This document shows positions 29,233-39,289 of a stretch of 64,000 nt of DNA, piece by piece (positions within the stretch are counted from its first letter, which is position 1; each line of letters starts with the position of its first letter). The DNA is from Bryobacterales bacterium. Its GTDB lineage: Bacteria > Acidobacteriota > Terriglobia > Bryobacterales > UBA6623. Position numbers and translations under genes: made by a program. The stretch spans positions 928,001-992,000 of the forward strand of contig OY729428.2 in the NCBI GenBank assembly GCA_963422375.2, written 5' to 3'. The notes beneath the pieces are model-generated. The model did not search any database. It saw only the letters and a list, made by a program, of their open reading frames with translations, and had not been told where the DNA came from.

Positions 29233-29742
29233 GGGAATTATATATCTGAGTGCCGAGGCAACCTATTTGGCAAATTATCAATCCATAACTTAACTTAATT
29301 CCCTACGAACCTCATCCCCTCCGAGGATCTGGCTTGATTGCCCAGCCGTGGGCCCACGGGCTGGGGGCCTGGGCGGGCCACTCCGTGGGGCCAAGGCCGC
29401 GTCCTTGCGACTGGCCGGCATCTGCAGGGCCCGCCCGGCTCCACCTGCCCTCCGATTCGGCACTTGTTCGCTCCGACGAGCATCTTTCTAGACACTCTTG
29501 AGCCTCTGAGTCGGATATTGCGAAAAATGTCGGCCGGATCCTTGACATCGCCAGTGCCGGTAGGGTAGCATGGAACCGAACAGGGATTGCTATCCAAAGC
29601 TCTCAACACCCTCCGTGCCGAAGAACGGAGTCCAGTTCCAGAAGGGTCTCAGCCTAGGCGTCTTCCTTGCCGACTTCGGCAGCGAGGAGCAGAGCACTTC
29701 TAGCCGGATATGGCGTCGTCGGCACTCAGGTATATAATTCCC
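29233..29742. mobile_element. 510-bp non-autonomous element with 24-bp terminal inverted repeats and 8-bp target-site duplication (IS1595-family-like)
   Basis: Left TIR gggaattatatatctgagtgccga (29233-29256) vs right tcggcactcaggtatataattccc (29719-29742): 23/24 match. Flanks gttagaat (29225-29232) and attagaat (29743-29750). Confidence 0.85.
29615..29703 (+). pseudogene. 5' fragment of an IS1595-family transposase
   Basis: GTG-PKNGVQFQKGLSLGVFLADFGSEEQS resembles the typical IS1595 transposase N-terminus (N.VQFQKGLSL..F...YG.EEQC); stops at TAG 29701-29703. Confidence 0.7.
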
Positions 29743-29751
29743 ATTAGAATC

Positions 29752-30180
29752 ATGTGCATCATCATTGACGCGAACAGATCCCATACCCTGATTGACGGGA
29801 GCTCGGATGCCGTCCCAGTTCGAAACTGGATCGACAATGGCGGCAGAGTAGTCTCAGGCGGGAAATTGCGTGTTGAAATGAGCAAGAATACTCGGGTACG
29901 ACGATACCTTCGTGTATTGAACCAACAAGGTCTTCTGCAGATTGTGAAGGATGAAGACATTCAGACTGAGTTGGAGAGTCTTCGTGGCACCTGTGCTTCG
30001 GACGATCATCACATAATTGCCTTGGCGCATGTATCTGGAGTGAGACTACTCTACAACGCAGATCAGTCTCTCCACATGGATTTCCGCAACAAATCATTGC
30101 TATCAAATCCACGAGGCAGTGTTTATCAAGATCGATCCCATGTTCATCTCCTACACAAAGTGACCTGCAGAAGACGCTAG
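29752..30180 (+). CDS. PIN-domain-like protein
   Basis: MCIIIDAN...E...SDDHHIIALA...LLYNADQ: acidic residue pattern of PIN nucleases; AT-rich. Confidence 0.7.
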   Translation: MCIIIDANRSHTLIDGSSDAVPVRNWIDNGGRVVSGGKLRVEMSKNTRVRRYLRVLNQQGLLQIVKDEDIQTELESLRGTCASDDHHIIALAHVSGVRLLYNADQSLHMDFRNKSLLSNPRGSVYQDRSHVHLLHKVTCRRR

Positions 30181-30620
30181 AATCTCAGCAAATCTTACGA
30201 TTGATTCCTACTTTCTCGCAATTGGAAGAGTCAAATCAGCTGCAATTCTCCATGGCCTCGGGCGATAACAGGAGGGTTGTTCTAACCTGCTCACAAGCTC
30301 TTAGAATCGGTGCCCCGGACTATGCATCAAGAGTTTCGTTGGCAACACGAATATAGCCACAATGTATTGTTTGCGCATCCTAGTTCTGAGCCAGTCTTCG
30401 GTGAGATTGAACCGGGAGGAACAATTTAGGGCAGGGATTCCAAGCACGTGGAGTCGCCATGCCCGTTGGAGGATACTCGGGAGCGCCATGTCACGCAGGT
30501 GCGATCTGACAAGATACCTCTGTCGCAGCGGCGGAATCCGTTGGCACCGACGTTTCGGTCGGTCATGGCTAGCAGTCGAGTGACGCGTGGCGCATCCGCA
30601 TGTGCAGTGCAGTCCGGACG

Positions 30621-31508
30621 CTACTCGGGCTCGGGTCTCGTTCGCACTTCCGTCTCAGTCGGAAAATCAGCTGGCACCGGCTGAGTCACTTGGCCCGTAA
30701 CTGCCCATTCCGCACCTCGCTGGAAGGTTGCGACAAAGCCCTTGCAGCGCTGGGAGACCAGCGCGTGACCGAGAGTGGTGTGGAAGATTCGGCCCTCGCC
30801 GAAGCGGATCGTCATGAGGATCGGCTCGTGCTCACCGGTCCCTTCCGTGTCGACCCGCGAGAACGCCGTGGCCAGCACGTGCAGGTTCTTCGCTGGGCCT
30901 CTCAGCCGGTCGTAGAGCTCGTCATTCGCATGCATCCACCTCGCGGGGAGCCCCTTCGTAATCGGATGCTGCGCGTCCCGGACGTCAATCGGAAACTCGT
31001 GCCGAGTACCATGGCTGCCACCGATGCCCGGCGTGCTGTCCCGGACGAATTCGCCGTCACGGAGCCGGATGTAGGGTCCGTGCCGCTCCGTCCGGTCACC
31101 CCAGCCCCCGATTCCGATCATCTCGTTGTAGGCCGCCCACTCCGGGAAGGCATTGTTGGCCGCGTGGACGGAGACGAATGCGCCGCCCCTGCCAACGAAC
31201 GCCTCGAAGTCCGCCATCGTCCTCTGCGGCCATGGCTCTCCATTGTAGTTGGAGACCACGAGGTCGTAGTCCGAGAACGCCGGTCGGAACGAATCCAGGG
31301 GCTCGCCCGCTGGCGGGGTCGTAGCCACGTCCACCGTGAAAAGGTCGGTTTCCTCGAGATAGGTCTTGAGGTACTGCGTCGTGGTCGGCCAGATCCGATG
31401 GTTGCTCTGGCCGTCGACAATCAGGGCGGAACGCTTGGACTCCGAGCTGTCACCGCAAGCCGCCAAAGCGACGAGGACAAGCGTGACGAGGCAGGTACGG
31501 AAGGTCAT
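30621..31508 (-). CDS. ThuA (class I glutamine amidotransferase-like) domain lipoprotein
   Basis: LAAC lipobox; VDGQSNH, VHAANN, HPIT, DELY and GRIFHTTLGH motifs. Confidence 0.88.
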   Translation of the reverse strand: MTFRTCLVTLVLVALAACGDSSESKRSALIVDGQSNHRIWPTTTQYLKTYLEETDLFTVDVATTPPAGEPLDSFRPAFSDYDLVVSNYNGEPWPQRTMADFEAFVGRGGAFVSVHAANNAFPEWAAYNEMIGIGGWGDRTERHGPYIRLRDGEFVRDSTPGIGGSHGTRHEFPIDVRDAQHPITKGLPARWMHANDELYDRLRGPAKNLHVLATAFSRVDTEGTGEHEPILMTIRFGEGRIFHTTLGHALVSQRCKGFVATFQRGAEWAVTGQVTQPVPADFPTETEVRTRPEPE

Positions 31509-31743
31509 GGTCGGAAATCAAGCTACCACGCCGGAACGAGCGGTACTGGCTCCACGGTCCGAGGCTCGCCGCAGAATCCGCGCTCCTCGCTCGACCTGCG
31601 CCAACGGACGCTCCGAATCCTCGTTTGCGACGATATGAGGGGCGTTGTCCGCCCCCTCGCAGAGCCTGGCGGCTATCCGGTGCGTCGGAGAGAGAGGCGG
31701 GATCAATTTCGCGCTGCCCGGACTCAGCGGCAGGTTCGCAGCC

Positions 31744-32184
31744 ATGGCTAGACTTCGCGAGGTTGCCCGCTCTTGGGCGCTGTCGACGCGGGTACGCTAC
31801 TGGCTGTACCAGACGCCTGGCTTGGTGATCGTGGTCCTGGTCGCCCGGCTGGTCTCGGACTCGCTAGGCCTGCCCGAGTCCCTGGTCGCTTGGACAGCCG
31901 TGGCCTGGATCGCCAAGGATCACATGCTGTACCCCTATTTCAAGGCGGCGTACGAGAGTCCGAAACCCATCGGGCCAGAAGCCTTGATCGGTTCGGTTGG
32001 AACGGCGGTCGAGGAGATTGACCCCCGCGGATTCGTCAGGGTCGGAGCTGAGCTCTGGCGCGCCGAGAGCCCGTCGCGAATCGACGAGGGGGGCCTTGTG
32101 CGAGTCACTGGATGGGAGGGCATGACCCTCAGCGTTCAAGCCGAGCTCCCGGAACGCCGAGACATCCCCGAACGCCCCTCGTAG
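31744..32184 (+). CDS. NfeD-like C-terminal (OB-fold) membrane protein
   Basis: TM N-terminus; LIGSVG...PRGFVRVGAELWRAES...V.V...EGMTL.V pattern. Confidence 0.82.
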   Translation: MARLREVARSWALSTRVRYWLYQTPGLVIVVLVARLVSDSLGLPESLVAWTAVAWIAKDHMLYPYFKAAYESPKPIGPEALIGSVGTAVEEIDPRGFVRVGAELWRAESPSRIDEGGLVRVTGWEGMTLSVQAELPERRDIPERPS

Positions 32185-32221
32185 GTTGCGCTCCCTCGGC
32201 GGGCGCCTGCGCTCGCTGAGG

Positions 32222-33679
32222 TCAGGGATCGAGTTCGGCGGTGATCCGGGCTTCCAGGGCGGAGGCTCCTCTCTCGCGAGCATGCAACAGTGCTAGGCGA
32301 CCGTATTCCCTCGACCGGTCGGACTGCCCGAGCTCGCGATACACGAGCGCGAGCACGAACGCATGCAGCGGCGTCCCCTCGCTGTCGGTGCCAACTGCCC
32401 GCTCGAGATAAGGCAAGGCCTGTCGATACTTGCCCGCCTCAGCGAGGCGTCTCCCGACGTGGAAATTCGCCATGGGGTGCGACGGATTGTGCTCGAGTGC
32501 CCTGAGGTACTGCCGCCCGGCGTCGGCGTGGCGCCCGATCGCGTCCAGCGACGCTCCCAAGTTGCTATGAGCGTCCGCGTTGAGCGGGTTAATGGCGAGG
32601 GCCTTCTCGAACGCCTCGGCCGCGCCGTCGAAGTCCTCGGCGAAGTGGCGCGAGACGCCGTAGTTGTAGTGGGCCTCGGCGATCGACGGATCGAGTTCGA
32701 CCGAGCGGCGGTAGTGCAGGGCAGCCTGCTCGTGGTTGCCCAGCTCGCCGTGAACCGCCACGAGGTTGACGTGCGCCTGCACGTAGTTCGGGTCTATCTC
32801 GAGCGCTGCGGCGTACGAGGTGATCGCCATCTGCAGGTCGCCGCCTTGCTGGAAGGCGCGTCCGTCATTGAAGGCCTCCTGCACGCTGCCCGCTCGGATC
32901 TCGTCGAGAGCGTCGAGAACGGGGTCTGAGTAGTGGCGTCGCGGCGACGGATCTGCCTGCTCGTAGAGAGCCAGCTGGCGGTCGGCGTCGGCATGGCGGC
33001 CGAGTGAGCGGTACACGCCCGCAAGAGCGTAGAGCGCTTCCCGGTAGTCCGGCTCCACGGCGAGGGCAGCCCGGAGGTCCTCCGCTGCGGCCGCCGGATC
33101 CTCGGCCGCGTCGAGACGAGCGAGCCGGTACCGCACGGCAGGGCTACGGGGGGCGTTGTGCAGGGCAGCTTCGAGAATCGACCTTGAACCGGCGCTTTCG
33201 CCGGACCTCTCCAGCAGATCCGCCCGGCGTATCGCAGTCGGCAGGTCGTCCGGCCTGACCGACACCGCCCTAGCGAACGCGGCGCTGGCCGCGTCGAATT
33301 GCCCCAGATCGGAGCGCGCGAGCCCTAGCAGGTACGCCCACTCGAAGCCGTCAGGTTCCAAGCCGAGACAACGCTCGAAGCACTGACCTGCGGCCTCGTA
33401 CTGCCCGTACGCGTAAAGGGCCCGTCCCAGGGCGCCGACCGCCCTAGCGTCCCGAGGGGCAGACGCCGCGGCCTCGAGAGCTGATTCCAGCTGTTTCTGC
33501 ACCAGGCCTGCGAACCCGTCCAAGACCGGCTCCGGCAACGGCGGCAAGGAGCCCGCAGGCCAGATCCAAACTGCCGCCGCGGCGACCGCCGCAAGCGAGA
33601 CCGCGACGAGAATCCGCCTCGTCAAGGACCAACGGCCGGGCTGGCCGGCGATTCTGGCCCGGGGCGGCTTGGCTCCCAT
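32222..33679 (-). CDS. Tetratricopeptide repeat protein, N-terminal membrane anchor
   Basis: Repeated TPR pattern (AHYNYG, AHSNLG, DPNYVQAHVNL). Confidence 0.85.
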   Translation of the reverse strand: MGAKPPRARIAGQPGRWSLTRRILVAVSLAAVAAAAVWIWPAGSLPPLPEPVLDGFAGLVQKQLESALEAAASAPRDARAVGALGRALYAYGQYEAAGQCFERCLGLEPDGFEWAYLLGLARSDLGQFDAASAAFARAVSVRPDDLPTAIRRADLLERSGESAGSRSILEAALHNAPRSPAVRYRLARLDAAEDPAAAAEDLRAALAVEPDYREALYALAGVYRSLGRHADADRQLALYEQADPSPRRHYSDPVLDALDEIRAGSVQEAFNDGRAFQQGGDLQMAITSYAAALEIDPNYVQAHVNLVAVHGELGNHEQAALHYRRSVELDPSIAEAHYNYGVSRHFAEDFDGAAEAFEKALAINPLNADAHSNLGASLDAIGRHADAGRQYLRALEHNPSHPMANFHVGRRLAEAGKYRQALPYLERAVGTDSEGTPLHAFVLALVYRELGQSDRSREYGRLALLHARERGASALEARITAELDP

Positions 33680-33737
33680 CGCTGCAGTCCAGTTTCGCCG
33701 ATTCGAGAGCCGCCGTTCTCCGCTTCTGCTAGCGCTC

Positions 33738-35075
33738 TCAGTCCGCGAACGCCCCTTGAATCGCGCCCGCCGCATAGACCACTCGTAGCTGCGCCCTTGC
33801 CAAAGCGTACTGCGACTCCAACAGCCCGCCCCAAGCGGAGGATTCGAGCTCGCGAGCTCGCTCCAGCTCGTCGAGCGCGATGCGCCCCTCCTCAAATCGG
33901 GCCAGCACGACGTCGAGATTCTCGCGCGCGTAATCGAGTTCCAGCCTGGCGAGTCGGCGAAGGCGCTCGGCCTCCCGCAGGACGGCGTAGGAACGCTGCC
34001 CGTCCAGTTCGATCGCCTCGCGCTTGGCTTCCTGCTGCAGCCGGAGTCCGCGCTCGTCGAGCCTTGCCCGACCGACCCGCTCGGCCACGCCCCGGCCGGT
34101 GAAGAGGGGGACTTCCAAGGCGACGCCGGCTTGCCAGTTGTGCCGCTGGAAGCGCCGGAAGTAATCGTCGTAGTTGTTGAAGCGGGCCAGAAGGGCGTAC
34201 TGCCCCACGATGTCCAGCCGGGGCAGCCGTTCGGAGCGCGCGGCGCGCGCCCGATGGCGCGCCGCTAGGATTCTCGCTTCGAGGGCGGCCACCTCGGGAT
34301 GGTCGTCCGTCCGGCGCGGCACCGCGCGAGCTGCCGCATCCCTGAGCACCGATGCCGTGTCGGCACCCTCCGGATCCGGCCGCAGGCGGACGTCCGGGCC
34401 GAAGCCCAGGGCCACCCTCAGGTCTGACTCCAGCAGGGAGGCGCGAGCCTCGGACGAGGCGAGCCGGGAACGAGCCCGTTCCGTGTCTAGTCTCGACCGG
34501 CTGAGCGCCAGCGGAATCTCGACGCCTTCCTCCACCCGGGTTGACACGACACCTTCGATGCGCTCGAGACGCTCCACGCCGAGCCGCAGGCGCTCGATTT
34601 CGCGGGTCGCCAGCTCGAGGTCGAGAAACAGCGTCGTGGCGCGATAGGCAGACTCCTCGGCGGTCGCGGTCGCTGCGTACTCCCCGGACCGGATCATTTC
34701 GCGAGCTCCGTCCGCCCAGCGAGGACGCCGACTGTCGAGGAGCGGCTGCCGCAGAGTCACTTGCGCGGCCGACGGCGCGGCTCCCTGAATGCTCTGCGGG
34801 ATCCCGGAGGTGGCGCCCAGGCCCGATCCCCCGTACGCCTGGAGCGAGCCTTCGGCACGGGCGAGCGCGAGGTCGCTGCGAGATTTCTCGACCTCGAGCC
34901 GGGCGAGCCGCACGTCCGGACTCCGCCCCAAGGCAATTCGCGCCACCTCGGCCAGACCGATGGGCCGGGCAGTAGCGGGCCCCTCCGCGGCACCGCGAAT
35001 CGAGACGGCCAGCAGACCGGCCGTGGCGACGCCGAGGAGCGTCGGGCGGAACTTGGGAAGCTGCGCTAAGAGCAT
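33738..35075 (-). CDS. TolC family outer-membrane efflux protein
   Basis: Signal peptide; RLPRLDIVGQY, WQAGVALEVPLF and RFEEG motifs; long helices. Confidence 0.85.
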   Translation of the reverse strand: MLLAQLPKFRPTLLGVATAGLLAVSIRGAAEGPATARPIGLAEVARIALGRSPDVRLARLEVEKSRSDLALARAEGSLQAYGGSGLGATSGIPQSIQGAAPSAAQVTLRQPLLDSRRPRWADGAREMIRSGEYAATATAEESAYRATTLFLDLELATREIERLRLGVERLERIEGVVSTRVEEGVEIPLALSRSRLDTERARSRLASSEARASLLESDLRVALGFGPDVRLRPDPEGADTASVLRDAAARAVPRRTDDHPEVAALEARILAARHRARAARSERLPRLDIVGQYALLARFNNYDDYFRRFQRHNWQAGVALEVPLFTGRGVAERVGRARLDERGLRLQQEAKREAIELDGQRSYAVLREAERLRRLARLELDYARENLDVVLARFEEGRIALDELERARELESSAWGGLLESQYALARAQLRVVYAAGAIQGAFAD

Positions 35076-35202
35076 GGGATCATTCAGCGGGCGCGGGGGA
35101 GCGCCCGCCGGAGGCACGCGCGGCTCGGACGGAGCGATCAAGCCGAGTCGGCAATCGGGACGGCCCGTACATCCTCAAGGTTCGGCCTGGCGGCGCGCCG
35201 CG

Positions 35203-36666
35203 CTAGGCGCTCGTGAGAACCTCCGCGAGATCTTGGTGCCCGCCGACATCGGTCAAGCGGAACTCGCGGCCTTGGAACGGATACGTGAGGCTTTCGTGCT
35301 CGAGCCCGAGCAGCCGGAGGATCGTCGCGTGCAGGTCGTGGACATGCACCCTGCTGTCCTGCGCGTTCAGCCCGATTTCGTCCGTCGAGCCGATCGCCCT
35401 GCCGCCCTTGACGCCGCCGCCCGCCATCCACACCGTGAAGCCGTAGGGGTTGTGGTCGCGGCCCGCGTTGTTCCTAGAGCCCCCTTCCCCTCCGTCCGTG
35501 AACGGCGTCCGCCCGAAGTCGCCGCCCCAGATCACGAGGGTCTGGTCCAGCAGCCCCCGAGCCTTGAGGTCCTCCAGCAAGGCGGCGATGGGCCGGTCGA
35601 CCTGGGCCGCCATCGTTTCGTGGTTGTAGTCGATCTGGTTGTGGCCGTCCCAGCCCGGGCTGGCGCCGTTGTTCCCGCAGCCCGAATAGAGTTGGATGAA
35701 CCGGACGCCGCGCTCGACCATGCGACGAGCCAGCAGGCACTGCTTGCCGAACGGGCGCGAAACGGCGTCGTCGAGCCCGTACAGCGCTTGCGTGGCGGTC
35801 GTCTCGGACGAGATGTCGGCGACTTCCGGAGCGGAGGCCTGCATTCGGAAGGCCAGCTCGTAGGCCGTCATGCGCGCTTCCAGCTCCGTATCGTCCGAGC
35901 GGGTCTGGAGGTGCCTTCGGTTGAACCAGTCCAGCTTGTCCATGAGCAGGCGCTGCCGTTCGGGGGCGTGCGGCCCGGGCCGTCGGATGTTCAGGATCGG
36001 CGGCCCCTCGCTGCGCAGGACGGTGCCTTGGTACATCGCGGGCAGGAAGCCGGAGCCGTAGGCCGGCGACCCCGACTTGATGCCCCCGTCGAGCATGACC
36101 ACGAAGGCGGGAAGATTCTCGCTCTCGGAGCCCAGGCCGTAGACGACCCACGAGCCGAGGCTCGGCCGCCCGACCTGCGCCCAGCCGGTGTTCATCCAGT
36201 TCTGGCCGGTGATGTGAGTGAACCCGTCGTGATGGCACGAACGGATCACGGCCAGGTCGTCGGCGTGACGAGCGACGTTCGAAAACAGGTCCGAGACTTC
36301 AATGCCCGACTCTCCGTGGCGCGAGAAGACTCTCGGCGTGCCCAGCAGCGGCACGCGGTCCATCTTCGTGAATTGGAAGTCCCTCGCGCGGAACGACTCC
36401 GGCACCGGCTGCCCGTCGTACTTCTGCAGCAGGGGCTTGGGATCGAACGTGTCCAAGTGGCTCGGCCCGCCGTGCATGAACAGGAAGATCACGCTCCGAG
36501 CCTTGGCGGGGAGCGGCGCCTCCTTGGACGCAAGCGGATTCGTGCGCCCGGATGCGCGACCGTCCCCCGCGAGCAGGCAGGAGGCAGCCAAGCCGCCGAA
36601 GCCGAGGCCGGCCCCTTCGAGGAAGTCGCGCCGCGAGGGGGGGCGCGTAGCGTGTCGGCTGAACAT
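35203..36666 (-). CDS. DUF1501 family protein (Tat signal)
   Basis: SRRDFL; IFLFMHGGPSHLDTFDPKP, GRPSLGSW, GRDHNP and HVHDLHATIL motifs. Confidence 0.92.
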   Translation of the reverse strand: MFSRHATRPPSRRDFLEGAGLGFGGLAASCLLAGDGRASGRTNPLASKEAPLPAKARSVIFLFMHGGPSHLDTFDPKPLLQKYDGQPVPESFRARDFQFTKMDRVPLLGTPRVFSRHGESGIEVSDLFSNVARHADDLAVIRSCHHDGFTHITGQNWMNTGWAQVGRPSLGSWVVYGLGSESENLPAFVVMLDGGIKSGSPAYGSGFLPAMYQGTVLRSEGPPILNIRRPGPHAPERQRLLMDKLDWFNRRHLQTRSDDTELEARMTAYELAFRMQASAPEVADISSETTATQALYGLDDAVSRPFGKQCLLARRMVERGVRFIQLYSGCGNNGASPGWDGHNQIDYNHETMAAQVDRPIAALLEDLKARGLLDQTLVIWGGDFGRTPFTDGGEGGSRNNAGRDHNPYGFTVWMAGGGVKGGRAIGSTDEIGLNAQDSRVHVHDLHATILRLLGLEHESLTYPFQGREFRLTDVGGHQDLAEVLTSA

Positions 36667-36674
36667 GGCGATCC

Positions 36675-39146
36675 TCAGTCGATGTAGACGAATTCGTTGA
36701 GGTTGAAGACCATCAGGCCGAATTCCTCGGGTCCCGCCCGAGCGAGCAGATCCGCGGCGCTGTCGACTTCCTCCGCGGACGGCGGCCTGGAGAACGCCAG
36801 ATCCCACGCTGCTCGCACGATCTCCGCGCTGTCGCCGGCGCTTTCGAGGCGCTTGGCGAAGGCTCCCGCAGCCTGCAGCATGAACGTGCTGTTGAGCAGG
36901 GTCAGGGCTTGCGGGGCGACCGTGGTCACGGCCCGCCGGCCGCAGCTGACCGCCGGGTCGGGGGCGTCGAAGGTCTTGAACATCGGGTACGGGAACTGGC
37001 GCTTGGCGAAGATGTACACGCTGCGACGGCGGTGCTCGGACGGATCCAGCGACTCGGGCCAGTCGTCCCGGTCCCACATGCCCAGGCGCTCCTCGGCCGA
37101 GAGGGGCGGCAGGACCGGGCGGCCGCCCATCTTCGTGTTCAAGGTTCCCGCGACGGCCAAGACGGCGTCGCGCATGCTCTCGGCGTCGAGGCGCCTGCGG
37201 TTCATGCGCCAGAGAAACCGGTTCTCGGGATCCCTTGCCGAGTTCGGCTCCGAGGGAGACGAGGCTAGGCGGTACGCGCTCGAGAGCATTACCAGCCGGT
37301 GCATCGCCTTGACGCTCCAGCCGCGAGCGACGAACTCCGCGGCGAGCCAGTCCAGCAGTTGCGGGTGCGACGGGAGCTCGCCCTGACGCCCGAAGTTGTT
37401 GGGCGTGCCCACGAGGCCGCGGCCGAAGTGCCCCTGCCAGATCCGGTTGACCATCACCCTAGCCACCAGCGGGTTCGACGGATCGGCCAGCCAGTCGGCC
37501 AAAGCCTTGCGGCGGACTCCTCCGACATCCGGCTCAAGCGGGTCCAAGGCGGCGGGCAGACCCGCTTCGACGACCTCCCTCTCGGACCGCCAGTCCCCCC
37601 TGTGCGTCATGCGCACGGGATACGCCACTTCGGCCCGGCCGAGAACGGCGGCCGTCGGCAGGTCGAACCGCGCGGCTACGGCCGCCTCGCCCAGCTCGGC
37701 GATCAGGACGTTCCGACGGGCGCGCTCCTCCGCCGTGTAGGGCAGGTCCGCCGCGTAGCCGCCGGGATTCTCGAGCACGCCCGCTTCGGTGAGGGCGCGC
37801 TCCAAGACGGCAGCCCTTGCCTGCTCCGCGACCGAGCGATTCGCTCTCGGCTTGCGGTAGGCGGCCACGATGTCGCGAGCGAAGCCGCTCGCAATCTCGT
37901 CGACGAGACGCTCTCGCGCCTTCTTCTCGAGGGCCTTGATCGCTTGCTGGAACTCGAAGACCTTCAGCTGCCTCGGGTACCCGGAGTAATACCCGAACTC
38001 GGACATCCTGCTGGTGACCGTGATGCGCCGGATCTCGCTGCCCCCGAAGAACGCCATCAGTCGGTGATAGTCCTTCTGGGAGATCGGATCGAACTTGTGG
38101 TCGTGGCAGCGCGCGCATCCGATCGTGATTCCGAGGAAGGCCTCGCCGGTCACGTCGACCGAATCCACCATCCACTCGTAACGCAGCTGGCCTCCGTTCA
38201 GGGCCGCCTCGTGGTAGACGGTCCCAACCGTGTAGAGCCCCGTGCCGATGCGGGCTTCCAAGTGGCGCTGCTTCTCCGCCGGGATGTCGTACGACCCACG
38301 CAGCTCGATGTCGTCCGGCCAGATCTCGTCCGCGGCGACCTGCTCGCGCACGAACCGGTCAAACGGCTTGTCGTCGTTGAAGGACTTGATCACGTAGTCG
38401 CGATAGCGCCACGCGTCAGGGAAATAGATGTCCGTTTCGAAACCGCCGCTGTCGGCGTAGCGCACCACGTCCAGCCAGTAGCGTCCCCAGCGCTCCCCGT
38501 AGCGCTCGGATTCGAGGAGCCGGTCGACCACCCGCTCGAAGGCGTCAGTGGAGTCGTCGCGCAGGAACGCGTCGACCTCCTCGGGGGAGGGCGGGAGGCC
38601 GTGCAGGTCGAACGTCGCCCGTCGCAGCCACGTGCGACGGTCGGCCGCGGCCACGGGCTCGAGGCCCAGCTCGAACCATTTCCGCGCGATGAACCGGTCC
38701 ACTCCCGTCCGCGCCCAGCCGTCGCCCTCCGCGGGCACCTCGGGCCTCGCTACAGGCTGGAATGACCACCAAGGATCGCCGCCTTGCGAGGGCGCCGATT
38801 CGGGCCACGATGCACCCGCATCGACCCACGCCCGCAGCGTCCGGATCTCCTCGGCGGGCAGGGGCTCGCCTTGCAAGGGCATGGCTAGGCCTCCCCGATG
38901 CAGGACCGCCCGCAGCAGGAGGCTGCCCGCGGCATCGCCGGGGACGATGCTCGGCCCGCGCTCTCCGCCGCGGAGCAGACCGTCTAGCGAGCGGATGTCG
39001 AGACCGGACATCGCTGCCGCGCCGTGGCAGGAAGCGCACTTGTCGGCGAGGATGCGAACGGCCGCGGAGGACTCGCTCGCCTTGGCTGCCGTGACCAGAC
39101 CCACCAAGACGGCCGCAGCTGGCAGGAACAACCGGATCGCGAGCAC
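36675..39146 (-). CDS. Planctomycete cytochrome c + DUF1549 + DUF1553 (PSD1) protein
   Basis: CASCH, WLDVVRYADS, CARCHDHKFDPI, NRIWQGHFGRG and PSHPQLLDWLA motifs. Confidence 0.92.
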   Translation of the reverse strand: MLAIRLFLPAAAVLVGLVTAAKASESSAAVRILADKCASCHGAAAMSGLDIRSLDGLLRGGERGPSIVPGDAAGSLLLRAVLHRGGLAMPLQGEPLPAEEIRTLRAWVDAGASWPESAPSQGGDPWWSFQPVARPEVPAEGDGWARTGVDRFIARKWFELGLEPVAAADRRTWLRRATFDLHGLPPSPEEVDAFLRDDSTDAFERVVDRLLESERYGERWGRYWLDVVRYADSGGFETDIYFPDAWRYRDYVIKSFNDDKPFDRFVREQVAADEIWPDDIELRGSYDIPAEKQRHLEARIGTGLYTVGTVYHEAALNGGQLRYEWMVDSVDVTGEAFLGITIGCARCHDHKFDPISQKDYHRLMAFFGGSEIRRITVTSRMSEFGYYSGYPRQLKVFEFQQAIKALEKKARERLVDEIASGFARDIVAAYRKPRANRSVAEQARAAVLERALTEAGVLENPGGYAADLPYTAEERARRNVLIAELGEAAVAARFDLPTAAVLGRAEVAYPVRMTHRGDWRSEREVVEAGLPAALDPLEPDVGGVRRKALADWLADPSNPLVARVMVNRIWQGHFGRGLVGTPNNFGRQGELPSHPQLLDWLAAEFVARGWSVKAMHRLVMLSSAYRLASSPSEPNSARDPENRFLWRMNRRRLDAESMRDAVLAVAGTLNTKMGGRPVLPPLSAEERLGMWDRDDWPESLDPSEHRRRSVYIFAKRQFPYPMFKTFDAPDPAVSCGRRAVTTVAPQALTLLNSTFMLQAAGAFAKRLESAGDSAEIVRAAWDLAFSRPPSAEEVDSAADLLARAGPEEFGLMVFNLNEFVYID

Positions 39147-39289
39147 GAGGTTAGCGCCTCGGATTATACAGCGAGCGCGGCTGCGCCACCGCGTGGGGCC
39201 GAATTGGCCCGCCAGCGCTCCCGCCCTCCGAATCCGCGGCCGCCAGCCGTGACGGCTACGCCGAGAACCGGCCGGTACCGCACGCAGAT

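Noticed and set aside
29296..29320. Reverse strand gatgaggttcgtagggaatt resembling an IS1595 transposase 3' end
   Set aside because: Based on recollection of a short motif; no supporting coding sequence upstream.
30181..30620. AT-rich tail of the island with short ORFs
   Set aside because: No recognisable motifs and stops in all frames; left unannotated.
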